From a virus, in IMG/VR virus record IMGVR_UViG_3300042374_000500, positions 2,306 through 66,305 of that record: a stretch of 64,000 bases of DNA, one strand, 5' to 3'. A model generated the notes under the pieces. It saw nothing but the letters and a program-made list of their open reading frames with translations, had not been told where the DNA came from and did no database searches. Below are positions 27,512 through 38,500 of this stretch, in pieces; within the stretch, counting starts at the first letter, position 1, and every line of letters begins with the position of its first letter. The position numbers were made by a program, and so were the translations under genes.

Positions 27512-30500
27512 ATGCCAGATCAATTTGAACAATATTACAAGTATTTAAAAGCTAATGGAGCTGACGTGGCACCAGATTTTAATTCATTTAAAAATACTTT
27601 ATCTAATTACGATAATTCTTCTAAGTATTATTCATATTTAAAAGATAATCAATTTGATGTACCTGAAAGTTATGATTCTTTTGCAGATACATTTGGTTTA
27701 AAAAAAAAAGATGGTGGCATCGTATCTTCCCCTATTCCATCAAAATTACCATCTCAAGATTATCTTAGTCAAGGTCAAAAGTTTGCTGAAACTGCTTTTA
27801 CGATTCCTACCGAAAAGAGGGAAAAGGAAAAGAAAATAAGAGTTAGTCCTAAATTATTTGGTCAACCCGGAACGGTTGATGTGGATATAATTGAAGAAGG
27901 CGAAGATGTTGGCTATAAAAATATAGCACAAAGATTTGCAAATGATCTTATTATAAGTGGTACAGATCTCGCATCAGGTATTTCTGAATTAATGAGAGAT
28001 ATGGGTGCGAAGCAAGCAAAAGGGATTGCAAAAATAACTGGAAGTAAAAAAGCACAAGAATTCGCTGAAACAAAAGGACAAGCATTATATACTCCGGAAG
28101 GTCAATTGACCGAATATGCTAAAAAAGCAACTTGGGCTACAGATCCAGAAGCTAAAACTATTCTTGGATTAAATGGTCTTAATGCGGATGCAAAAGAAAT
28201 GCAAGAGTCTTACCAATTACCAGATACTGGTGTGGGTAAAACACTTACCGCACTTTCAAGTTTTGCTCCTGATATTTTAGCAACAGGATTACTTCCAGAA
28301 GCAAGAATTGCTGAAGGCGCAAGCGCACTTGCAAAATTAGGTTCTGGTTTATTCAATAATTTTACAAAATATTTAATAGTTAAAGATCCACTAGTTGCTT
28401 ATAAAGAAGCCAAAAAGGCTGGAGCAACTGCAGGAGAAGCTGTAAAAGAGGTACCCGGAGCTGCTTTAAAAGGAGCTGTTACTGGTGTGACTCTTGCAGG
28501 TACTGGTATGTTAAGTTCTTTGGCTACTAAGGGCATCATGAATAGCGCTACTAAATATTTAGTAGGTGCTGCAAGTTCTTCTGCCCCATCTTCTATGCTT
28601 AAAAAGGCAGCTGAAATAGGTTTGACTGGGAAGGGTGGATTTATAACAAAAGAAGGAGTTAATGCAATAACAGATGTTATTGGATATGGATTACTTTATC
28701 CAACAGGAGCTTCTTTGATTGAAAGAGGTGAATTGCCAAATGAAGAAGAAATAACTACTGGTATAGGTACAGCATTAGCTTTTAGAATTAAAGGCGCAAT
28801 TGAAGGAGGCATCAAGTTTGGCGAATTAAATAAATTAGTTGAAGATGTGCAAAGCGCAAAGCAGGGTACAGCCTTTATTAATTTTATGAGAGCTACTCCA
28901 GAAAGTATTCAAAAAGTATATAATAGTCCAGAAACAGCAAATGAACTTCAATTGCAGGCTCTGGAAGCTGCACAAAGGGCAAGAAAAGCCACAGATTTAG
29001 AAGAAAAGCAAAAAGCAGTGATACAGGCTTCTACCTTGTCAAAGGCGGCAAATGTGAAGCAAATGGCTGATTATGTAGTTAATAATAAAAATGATTTTCA
29101 AGAATTAAAAGAAAGCACACTCCCTGACGAATTTAAGCAAGCTTTTTTAGAAAAAGCAAATTTGGTTAATAAGAGTGTTAATCCAGTAGAAATAGAAAAA
29201 ACAAATATTGGCAATAGAATTAAGCAAGCATCTGATTTTATAACACAAAAAGAAGCTGAATTAAATTCTACTCAAGATCCGGTAGCTAAAGCTGAAATAC
29301 AAGTTCAATTAGAGCAAACCAATAAATTACTGAAGCAGCAAGAGCAGGCTTTAAGAGATTTAATATTTGAGCAAAAGCCGCCAAGAGATTTAGATCTAAA
29401 TGAAATAAATAGTATTAAAGAAAATAGAAAATTAGATAATCAAGAAATTGATTTGCAAATATCTAAGCTTGACAAAAACGATCCAGATTATAATGAGAAG
29501 TTAGAAAGCTTGTCTAAGAAAAAGGAAGAGCAAAATGATTATTATGATTCAGTTTTAAAATCTGCAAAAGAAACGGAAGATGTAGATATATCTGTAATTA
29601 TGCCAGATGAAATGGCTGAAATTGAAAATATTGAAATAAAGCGTCCAAAAGAACAAAGTATAAATGAATTTGTTAATAGAATAGCAGCAGGAGAAAAAAT
29701 GGAATCTCCTGAAGATTTACAATTTTACGAAAACAATAAAGATCAGGTAGAGGCTATATTAAAAGAAAAGGCAAAACCAGTAGAAGTTAAGCCTGAAATA
29801 AAAATTGAGCCTAAAAAGATAAGTATTGAAAATAAAGAATATACAACTAAAACAGGCAGACAAAAAGTTACATACGAGGATGGGCAGTTAATAGTAAGAG
29901 ATATAAAAACAGGAAAAGAAGTTTCTGCTGCTACTCGTAAAAAAGCTATTGACGAATATGTAGATGCATTTGATTTTGAAAAAGGCAAAACAGCAGAAGA
30001 AAATATTACTGAATTACCGGAAGGATTAAATCCGGAAGAAGCTAATTTATTTATCATAGAAAATTCAGAGAATCCTCTTGAATTAGCAAGCATTTATTTT
30101 TTTGAAGAACCATCTGGTAAAGCAGAAACGAAGGATCAAATGATTGGCGAATTTGGTTTAGGTAAAATAACGCAAGATAGTTTTAATAGATTTGGAGATA
30201 GAAATAAGGTAACGGGCGGAATGGCTAGAACATACTTTAAAAAAGATGGTTTACCGCTAGATGTTGCTGCAAAAGAAATGTCAGATTACTATGAAGTTGA
30301 AATAACTCCACAAGATTTGGCAGATTTTATTGTTAAGTATCCAAGTGGATCTCAGGCAGCTTTAAGACAATTTGAAACAAGAACTGCTAATGAAGCTGCT
30401 AATAAATTCAAAGAGCTTACTGGTCTTGATATAGACAGGAAGATGGCTGAAAAAATATTAAATGATAAAAAGAACAATTTAACAGATATTGAACAAGAAC

Positions 30501-33500
30501 TTTTAAATGCAAATTATGAATCAGAACAACAATTCCAAGATGCCTACTGGGAAGCCTACAAAGCAATTGACAAAGGAGCAGAAGCTAGCCCTGTTAGTGA
30601 AATTAAGCCTACAGAAGCCACCGAAGAAAAAGTAGAGCTAAAAGAAGAAGTAGAGGTAAAGCCTAAAAAACCAATTAAGGAAGCTAAAGTTACGGAAGAT
30701 GAAGCTATCAATATTGATCAAGTTTCAAATGAATTAATGCGTCAAGAGCTTGAGATGGCTGAATATGAGAAAATAAAGATTTCTGATAAAGACGCTTATG
30801 AAAAAGCAAAGAAGAGGTTATTGGAAGGTTATAATATAGAAAATCTGTTAAAAGATATAGAGTCTGGTAAAAAGAAAGTGATTGATGATGAGGAGTCTAT
30901 TATGTTGGGAATAACTAATGGAACACTAGCTAAACAAATAGATAAAAATCCAAAGAATATTGATCAATTAGTTGATTTACGAAAGAGAGTAATTGATGCA
31001 TTGGATATTACCGGTAGTTCGCTTGGTAGGGCATTGAGAACAAGACAGTTGGCTATTAAGCCTATGGAAACATTATCTGATTTTATTCTTGACGCTCAAG
31101 ATGCTGCTGGAGTAGATGTGCTTACACCTTCTCAAAAAGAAGAAGCTTTTAAAGATTATGAAAAATATAAAAAAGCATCAGAAGATTCCGAAAGAAAAAT
31201 ATTAGAATTAGAAGAATTAAATAGACAATTATTAGCTGAAAAAGAATTTAATTTAATAAAAAAATCTGTAGTAAAATCAAAGCAGAAAAAAGATTATGCT
31301 AAAGAAAGAGATGAGGTAATTAATTCAATAAAAGACAAGTTAAAAAAGGCAAGAGCCGGAGAAAGCGGATTAATGGCTGTTCCTGTTCCTTATGCAGCAG
31401 AGCTTATTGCAATAAGTCCTGAAATAGGTAAGTTGACAAAATTATATATAGAGGAAGGCGTAGAAAAATTATCTGATGTAGTTTCTAAAATACATGAAAA
31501 CATTAAAAATGATATAGAAGGAGTTACAGAAAGAGATATTAGAAATGTAATTGCTGGTAAGTATAATAAGCCAAGACCGGCAAAATCGGATCTTGATAGG
31601 AAAAAAGCATTGTTAAAGAGGGAAGCTGAATTATTAAATCAAATAGAACAGGTGCTTGCAGGCGAGCCAAAAGAAGAAAGGAAAGTAATACAGAAAAATC
31701 AAAGAATTAAAGAACTGCAAGATGAATTAAGAGCTGCACAACAACAAATGGGTTATGATGAAGTTACTAAAATTCAACAAGCTGAAAAAAGAGCAGAAAC
31801 TAATATAGCAGAAATAGAGAAAAAATTAGAAGAGAATGATTTATCAATAAAGAGAGCAGAAAAAATAAGCAGTCCTAGATTAGAGGAATTAAGAGAAAAG
31901 CAAAAAGAATTGCGAAATGAATTAAAAAGAAGAAGATTAGAAGATGCTGGTGTTATTACAAATAAGGATAATGAATTAAAAAGATTGCAATCAGCTACCA
32001 AAAGAAATGAAACAGAGTCTAAGAAAATTGAAAAACAAATTGAAGAAAAAGATTTTGAAGATAAAATAAAGGCCCCATCTTTCTTAGAAAATGTAGAACT
32101 GCAAAAAAAATATCCAAAAGAATATAAAGAATTTTTAAATTCAATCGCTAAAAAAAGAGATATAAAATATGAATACGAAATAAAGAAAGCACAAGAAAGA
32201 ATGGCAAGAGCTACTTCTGGCGAAAAACGTGCAAAATTTGCTAAAGAAGCGTTTAATACAGTAAAAGCGTTAAAATCTAGTATTGATAACTCTTTTGTCG
32301 GAGTACAAGGTGGATTGGCTTTTATGGCTAACCCATTGCAGGGTGCTAAAGCTCTTGTTGAATCCTATAAAGATATGGTTAATGAAGGAAGATTTAAAAG
32401 AGGTTTAGTTGAAATTTTTGAGAATAAAGAATTAATGGATTTGGTAGATAAATCAGGACTAGATATATTAAATCCACAAGAGATAGAGGAAAAGAGGAGA
32501 GAAGAATCTATGGGAGGTTCAAATTTGTTAGAGAGATCTTTAGGAGAAGTAAAAGGTGTAAAAATAATTCCAGCAAAAGTATTAACAGCTCCATTTGAAA
32601 GAGCTTATACAAGTATGGGAAATAATTTAAGGCTCAATATATTCTTAAAAAGAATAGCTCAATTAGAAAAAGAAGGCATTACTTATGAGAACAATCCTGA
32701 AGAAATCAAAGCCGCAGCAAGGGCTGTTAATGAATTAACCGGAAGAGGTAAACTAGCTAAAGGTCTTGAAACGTCCGCTGAAAAGTTATCATGGTTAATC
32801 TGGTCGCCAAAATTATTAGCTTCTACAGTAAATTTATTAGGTATTAATGATATAGGTAGTGTTTTAATGATTAGCAAGGGGTATTATCGTAGATTACCAC
32901 CAAAAGCTTTCAAATTTGCTACTTCTCAATTAGCATCTGGTATCGGTATGGGCGTTTCTATTATGGCCGCAATTGCCTTATTAGATAAAGATAAGGAGGT
33001 TGATGCAGATCCAAGAAGTGTAACTTTTGGACAAATAAAAGATAAAATTACAGGTACTGCTGTTAATGTGTATGGTAGATTTACATCTGTTGTAAGATTT
33101 GTTACATTGATGGCTCTTGGAGTTAAAGAAGTAAGAGGTGAATTAAAGACTGTTGATACCGGCAAGGAATTTTTTAAATTTTTTAGAGGTAAATTTAATC
33201 CAGTAGCTGGAACCGCTTATGATGCAGTTATTACAAGAAAAACTTATGAAGGAAAGCCTTATGAATTAAGCGATTTACCTAAAGATTTGCTTGCCCCGCT
33301 ATCGGTACAGGATATAAAAAAGTATTTAGAACAAGATGGCACTCTTGATATTTTGACTAAAGGCTTTGCTACATTTAATGGCTTGAAAGTAATGAATGAA
33401 AAAGATTTTATACCTCAAACACAGCAAAAACTATATGAAAAAGGACTAACTTCCGACTATTTAGATAGACTATCAATTATAGATAGAAGAACCAAAAAAC

Positions 33501-33778
33501 CTTTGACAAAAGAAGAATTTGCTAAATATTCAGATATGAGAGATGCTATTTTAAAAGAAGATTTAACAAGATTATACGAGGACGGTGTGCCAGTACTAGG
33601 GGAGAGAAAATTAAAGCCTTATAATAAAGCCACAGTAGATGAAATAGACAAAGCTCTTGATTGGTTAAAATCTAAAGCTACTAGAGAAACTAAAGATAAG
33701 TTATTTGGAGCTGAAAAGGTTTCAATGAAATCCGAGATAGATGAAGCCTATTATGAATTAATGAAAGAGAAATTCTAA
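27512..33778 (+). CDS. large internal virion (ejection/cargo) protein
   Basis: 2088 aa with coiled coils and Ala/Gly helical segments; no RNA polymerase DxDxD motif seen. Confidence 0.65.
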   Translation: MPDQFEQYYKYLKANGADVAPDFNSFKNTLSNYDNSSKYYSYLKDNQFDVPESYDSFADTFGLKKKDGGIVSSPIPSKLPSQDYLSQGQKFAETAFTIPTEKREKEKKIRVSPKLFGQPGTVDVDIIEEGEDVGYKNIAQRFANDLIISGTDLASGISELMRDMGAKQAKGIAKITGSKKAQEFAETKGQALYTPEGQLTEYAKKATWATDPEAKTILGLNGLNADAKEMQESYQLPDTGVGKTLTALSSFAPDILATGLLPEARIAEGASALAKLGSGLFNNFTKYLIVKDPLVAYKEAKKAGATAGEAVKEVPGAALKGAVTGVTLAGTGMLSSLATKGIMNSATKYLVGAASSSAPSSMLKKAAEIGLTGKGGFITKEGVNAITDVIGYGLLYPTGASLIERGELPNEEEITTGIGTALAFRIKGAIEGGIKFGELNKLVEDVQSAKQGTAFINFMRATPESIQKVYNSPETANELQLQALEAAQRARKATDLEEKQKAVIQASTLSKAANVKQMADYVVNNKNDFQELKESTLPDEFKQAFLEKANLVNKSVNPVEIEKTNIGNRIKQASDFITQKEAELNSTQDPVAKAEIQVQLEQTNKLLKQQEQALRDLIFEQKPPRDLDLNEINSIKENRKLDNQEIDLQISKLDKNDPDYNEKLESLSKKKEEQNDYYDSVLKSAKETEDVDISVIMPDEMAEIENIEIKRPKEQSINEFVNRIAAGEKMESPEDLQFYENNKDQVEAILKEKAKPVEVKPEIKIEPKKISIENKEYTTKTGRQKVTYEDGQLIVRDIKTGKEVSAATRKKAIDEYVDAFDFEKGKTAEENITELPEGLNPEEANLFIIENSENPLELASIYFFEEPSGKAETKDQMIGEFGLGKITQDSFNRFGDRNKVTGGMARTYFKKDGLPLDVAAKEMSDYYEVEITPQDLADFIVKYPSGSQAALRQFETRTANEAANKFKELTGLDIDRKMAEKILNDKKNNLTDIEQELLNANYESEQQFQDAYWEAYKAIDKGAEASPVSEIKPTEATEEKVELKEEVEVKPKKPIKEAKVTEDEAINIDQVSNELMRQELEMAEYEKIKISDKDAYEKAKKRLLEGYNIENLLKDIESGKKKVIDDEESIMLGITNGTLAKQIDKNPKNIDQLVDLRKRVIDALDITGSSLGRALRTRQLAIKPMETLSDFILDAQDAAGVDVLTPSQKEEAFKDYEKYKKASEDSERKILELEELNRQLLAEKEFNLIKKSVVKSKQKKDYAKERDEVINSIKDKLKKARAGESGLMAVPVPYAAELIAISPEIGKLTKLYIEEGVEKLSDVVSKIHENIKNDIEGVTERDIRNVIAGKYNKPRPAKSDLDRKKALLKREAELLNQIEQVLAGEPKEERKVIQKNQRIKELQDELRAAQQQMGYDEVTKIQQAEKRAETNIAEIEKKLEENDLSIKRAEKISSPRLEELREKQKELRNELKRRRLEDAGVITNKDNELKRLQSATKRNETESKKIEKQIEEKDFEDKIKAPSFLENVELQKKYPKEYKEFLNSIAKKRDIKYEYEIKKAQERMARATSGEKRAKFAKEAFNTVKALKSSIDNSFVGVQGGLAFMANPLQGAKALVESYKDMVNEGRFKRGLVEIFENKELMDLVDKSGLDILNPQEIEEKRREESMGGSNLLERSLGEVKGVKIIPAKVLTAPFERAYTSMGNNLRLNIFLKRIAQLEKEGITYENNPEEIKAAARAVNELTGRGKLAKGLETSAEKLSWLIWSPKLLASTVNLLGINDIGSVLMISKGYYRRLPPKAFKFATSQLASGIGMGVSIMAAIALLDKDKEVDADPRSVTFGQIKDKITGTAVNVYGRFTSVVRFVTLMALGVKEVRGELKTVDTGKEFFKFFRGKFNPVAGTAYDAVITRKTYEGKPYELSDLPKDLLAPLSVQDIKKYLEQDGTLDILTKGFATFNGLKVMNEKDFIPQTQQKLYEKGLTSDYLDRLSIIDRRTKKPLTKEEFAKYSDMRDAILKEDLTRLYEDGVPVLGERKLKPYNKATVDEIDKALDWLKSKATRETKDKLFGAEKVSMKSEIDEAYYELMKEKF

Positions 33779-33814
33779 TAAAAATCTTATATTTGAACAA
33801 AAAAAAATATCAAT

Positions 33815-34309
33815 ATGTTACCAAAATCATTATTAAGCGCAAGCATGAAAAAAGGCTTACAAGATGCATTGCAAGTGGAATTATATCAATCAAATCTATG
33901 GAAGCACCTTGCAAATAATCTTCAAAGATTAGGATTGTTTGGTAGTCAGAAATATTTTTTAGCCGAAAGTGCTGAAGAACTTACTCATTATCAAATGATT
34001 GTGGAATTTATTAATGACATGGGCGATGTGGCTGATATGCCAAAAATAGAATCCGTAACTGATAAAATAAACTCTATTGGGGATGCCTTAGATTTAGGTT
34101 ATGAAACAGAATTGGATGTATTAAACCAATATAAGGATTTATATAAAAAGGCAGAAGAGGAAGATTGTGTAGTTGCTCAATTTTTATTACAATTCATAGA
34201 AATACAAAGAAAAGCAGTAGGTCAATACGGAGATTTATTATCCAAATACAAAATAGCTGAAGAAACTAAAGAAATTCTTGAATTTGATCAACATATTAAC
34301 GATTTATAG
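33815..34309 (+). CDS. ferritin (FtnA-like)
   Basis: Four-helix ferroxidase pattern: QVE, AEELTH, YETE, FIEIQ; own -7 box at 33788. Confidence 0.8.
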   Translation: MLPKSLLSASMKKGLQDALQVELYQSNLWKHLANNLQRLGLFGSQKYFLAESAEELTHYQMIVEFINDMGDVADMPKIESVTDKINSIGDALDLGYETELDVLNQYKDLYKKAEEEDCVVAQFLLQFIEIQRKAVGQYGDLLSKYKIAEETKEILEFDQHINDL

Positions 34310-34311
34310 TC

Positions 34312-34476
34312 ATGCCATATAAGTCAAAAGCACAACAAGCTTACTTCAATATTCACAAAAAAGAACTTGAAAAACAAGGGGTGGATGTTAATGAATGGAA
34401 CCAAGCTAGCAAGGGAAAGAAATTACCTGCTAAAGTTAGCAAGTTAAAAGCTATGAGGAAAAGAAAAATGGGGTAG
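34312..34476 (+). CDS. small basic phage protein (MPYKSKAQ family)
   Basis: Manual translation, 54 aa, MPYKSKAQQAYF...KGKKLP. Confidence 0.6.
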   Translation: MPYKSKAQQAYFNIHKKELEKQGVDVNEWNQASKGKKLPAKVSKLKAMRKRKMG

Positions 34477-34518
34477 ATTTCCTATATTTTTCTTATATTT
34501 GATGTAAAATTTAATACA

Positions 34519-35037
34519 ATGCCCATAGTACCGAATTTTACAGCTAGCCAGTTTAGTGGCACACCATCGGTTATTACTTTAAGAGATACAAGTACAGGTT
34601 CTGATGTTACTATTGCTAAGCGTAGAATTTATCTATTGCAAGCTAATGGTACTATGTTAGTTCCAGCTGGTACACTTACAACTTATATTGATTGGCCCTT
34701 AGCAAATACAAGTATTAGTTTAGATGTATTATCACAAGATAGTGCATTGAGTATTACTGTTCAATGGTTGACTTCTGCAAATGCAGTAGTTACATCAAAA
34801 ACAACTTCATTCGCATTTACTGCATACAACGAAACATTTTATTATGGATTAACAGAGAGTCAAGTTGCAAATTCAAATTTAAGCGCAAGTACGAATTGGT
34901 ATCAAACTAAATTAGTATTAAGAGTTGAACTTGATAGCGCAGACCAAGCAATTACATTTGCATCTGATATTTATTCAGCACAAGCTGCATTAAATAGAGC
35001 GACATATATTTCTACTAACCAAGCTTTATTCTTTTAA
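34519..35037 (+). CDS. tail-associated structural protein (PKD/Ig-like N-terminus)
   Basis: PNFTASQ...ITLRDTSTG. Confidence 0.5.
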   Translation: MPIVPNFTASQFSGTPSVITLRDTSTGSDVTIAKRRIYLLQANGTMLVPAGTLTTYIDWPLANTSISLDVLSQDSALSITVQWLTSANAVVTSKTTSFAFTAYNETFYYGLTESQVANSNLSASTNWYQTKLVLRVELDSADQAITFASDIYSAQAALNRATYISTNQALFF

Positions 35038-35039
35038 AT

Positions 35040-35573
35040 ATGTTAGTTCCACAAACAGTAGTATCAATAGCGGAGATTTCGCAATACTTATGGAATGATT
35101 CTATTCCTAAGCAAAATGTATTTTTTAATGGAAGCATTGACCCACGCAAAGCACAACAGCTTTACATGGAAAGAAAAGCTTTGCAATATGGTATTAACCA
35201 ATCTTTAACAGGACTTCCGGGAACTTCTAATTATGTCTATGCTCTTTGTGGTTCTAAATTACAAGTAGCAATTGAAATATTAGGTAATGGTGGTGGCGGT
35301 GGTGGTGTAATACCGGGCGGTGGCGGAAACTTTAGTGTGTTTGAATATTCATCTAACGCAGTTGAAAATTCTGTTACAATATACTTCCCAGAAGCAGTTG
35401 GAAAAAGATGCGTAAATGCATTTAGACAAGGTAACAATATTGGTACTATATTAACAGCAGGAACACCAACTGGAAATCAAGTTGTTTGGGATAAAAATTC
35501 GGCATCATTAACAGTTGCTTCAACAGTTCGTTTTTACAATCAAGAATTTGTAAGAGTAGTTGTTCAACAATAA
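35040..35573 (+). CDS. tail fibre hub/attachment protein
   Basis: Helical N-domain, Gly linker and beta C-domain; precedes the fibre gene. Confidence 0.45.
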   Translation: MLVPQTVVSIAEISQYLWNDSIPKQNVFFNGSIDPRKAQQLYMERKALQYGINQSLTGLPGTSNYVYALCGSKLQVAIEILGNGGGGGGVIPGGGGNFSVFEYSSNAVENSVTIYFPEAVGKRCVNAFRQGNNIGTILTAGTPTGNQVVWDKNSASLTVASTVRFYNQEFVRVVVQQ

Positions 35574-35585
35574 AAAGTTTTTACA

Positions 35586-38500
35586 TTGGCAATACAGAAT
35601 TTAATAACAGGTGAATTTCAGATAAGAAAATTAAATGGAGTTCTTGTAGCTAACAATGGTATCGTTGATGCAGTTGGTAATATTACATCTGGTACGTCTG
35701 GTACAAGTGGTACAAGTGGTACAAGAGGTACTAGTGGTACTTCGGGTTTTGCTGGTACAAGTGCCATGATAGTTTATACATTTACAGCAATTCAAAATCA
35801 AACTACTTTTCTTGTTCCTAGTGGGTTTGTAAATAATATGATTGCTGTTTTTGTTAATGGCGTTAAATTATCACAATACGATTATATAACAGTAAATGGT
35901 TTTAGTGTAGTTTTAAATAATCCTCTTGATGCGGGGGACATTGTAGAAATAGATAATTTTGTTGCTAATTATGTTTCTACTTCAGGAAGTTCGGGTACAG
36001 CTGGATCTTCAGGTACGTCTGGTACAACAGGTACTTCAGGTAGTTCTGGATCTTCAGGTACGTCTGGTACAACAGGTACTTCGGGTAGCTCTGGTACTAC
36101 AGGAACTGGCGGTACTTCAGGTACAACTGGTACTTCTGGTACTTCAGGCAGTTCTGGTTTTAGTGGAAATAGGTATTTTACTACATCTAATACTGTATTT
36201 ACTTTAGGTAATTCTGGTACTTTGATTGTAGGGACAAATTTATCATTTAGTCCTGCACAATCAATAATTATTGTTTACGATAATACAAACTTCCAAGAGT
36301 GTGAAGTTATTTCATATAATTCAACAACTGGGCAATTGCAATTTGCAGAACCCAACAGAACAGTTGGTTCGGGTACTTATTCAAACTGGTCAGTTAACTT
36401 AGATGGCGCAACTGGAGCAGCAGGGACTTCAGGAAGTTCAGGAACATCTGGTTCTACAGGAACATCCGGTACAACTGGTACTTCCGGAACTTCTGGTACT
36501 TCTGGTACTTCCGGAACATCCGGAACTTCTGGTACAACTGGAACTTCTGGTACAACTGGCACTTCCGGAACATCTGGAACTTCAGGTAGTTCTGGTTCAA
36601 GTGCTACAAGCGGTACTTCTGGTACTTCTGGTACCTCTGGCACAACTGGTACATCAGGGACAAGTGGAACTTCAGGAACTTCAGGAACTTCAGGTACTAC
36701 TGGAACGTCAGGTACATCTGCAATAGATGGTACTAGCGGCACGTCAGGTACAACTGGAACATCAGGAACTAGTGGTACATCAGGAACAAGCGGAACAACA
36801 GGTACAAGCGGTACGTCAGGTACTTCAGGGGCAAATGGTATGAATGGAGTTGCAGGAGGTCTTGTGTACTATCTAAATCAATCTTTAAATACAGATACTC
36901 CGTTTGGCAGTCCAACATATAAGCAATGGTCGTCAAATCCAACGGGAGGCGCAGAGCAATCGGTAGCATTAAATAATGTACCCAACAACACAAGAACTCT
37001 TATTGCTACTTATGCGACTGATTCAGGAGTACCTAATGTCACCACAATACCTTCAGGGTTATGGGCGTGGACAACACATTTTGACATAAACCATAATTGT
37101 GATTTAGCGGTAGATGTTGAACTTTACAAATATACAACAGGCGGGGTATCAACACTTTTAGGTACTACTAACATAGATACTGAACCAGTATCGTCAAATA
37201 CTATTAAAGAATTTTTTACTGATTTATTTTTAATATCACAATCTTTAAACGCTACCGATAGACTTTATTGCAAAATATATGTTCTGCATAGTCATGGTGG
37301 GAATGCTGATATAAATTTTTATACTGAAGGAATAAGTAATTACTCTTTTGCACAAACAACATTCAATCCACCAAGTGGTACGTCTGGTACTTCTGGTACT
37401 TCAGGAATAGATGGAACTTCCGGATCTAGCGGTTCTTCAGGTACATCTAGTACATCTGGAACTTCTGGTACGACAGGTACATCTGGAACTTCAGGTGAAA
37501 ATGGTACAAGCGGTAGTTCTGGAACTTCAGGTTCTAGCGGAACTACAGGTACTTCTGGTACTTCTGCAACTTCAGGTACAACCGGTACTTCTGGAACTTC
37601 AGGTGAAAATGGCACAAGTGGCACATCTGGTACAACCGGTACGTCTGGAACTTCAGGAACTTCTGGATCTTCAGGGGTTACTGGTTCTTCAGGTACAAGT
37701 GGAACTACAGGTACATCTGGTACAAGCGGAGCTACTGGTTCTACTGGTACAAGTGGTACATCTGGAGTCACTGGATCTAGTGGTACTTCTGGTACAAGTG
37801 GCGCTAATGGTACAAGTGGCGTTAATGGTACAAGTGGAAGTTCGGGAAGTAGTGGAGTATCTCCATCTGTATCAGGGTTTTTACCTTTAACTGGTGGAAC
37901 ATTAAGTGGTACTCTTTATTCTACTTACAATACTGCTAGTGGTATAGCTAATAACGGTTTCAATGTTGCAAAAACCATAATTGGTAATTTACATATACAA
38001 AACGGAGACGGTACTAATGGTAATAACAGGCAAGCAGCTTTAACATTTCAAGGGGGTAATGCAAGCGAGGCTCAAGCAGGCATTTATGTGTCTAATAATA
38101 GTACTACAGGTACAGCTATGGGCTTTGCTACAACAGATTCATATGCAACAGGCCCACAATTATTTTTAACTGCTACTAATGCGGGTCAAGTAACTTTCCC
38201 AAGAGCTTTAGTTCAAGTAAATGGATATTTAAGAACAGCAGGGGCAACATCTAATACAGTGTTATTTAACAATTCAGGCTCTTCTGTTGATTTTGGTAAT
38301 GTTTTAGGACAAGGAAGTACAGGTAGAAGTACATTTTTTAGAGGGGCTTCAGCTCTTGTTTCTGTATGGTGGGGTACTACTGATGGTAATGGTAACAACA
38401 TACCATATGCAGCAATAGATGCAACAGCTGGTGAGTTTAAGTTTTATAGAAATACAGGTGGAACTGGTGGTGGAACATGGACAAATATTATGACCATGAA

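Noticed and set aside
27512-33778. Possible crAss-type virion RNA polymerase
   Set aside because: No DxDxD catalytic motif was seen, and host-type promoters precede all operons, so assignment to Crassvirales proper is unsupported.
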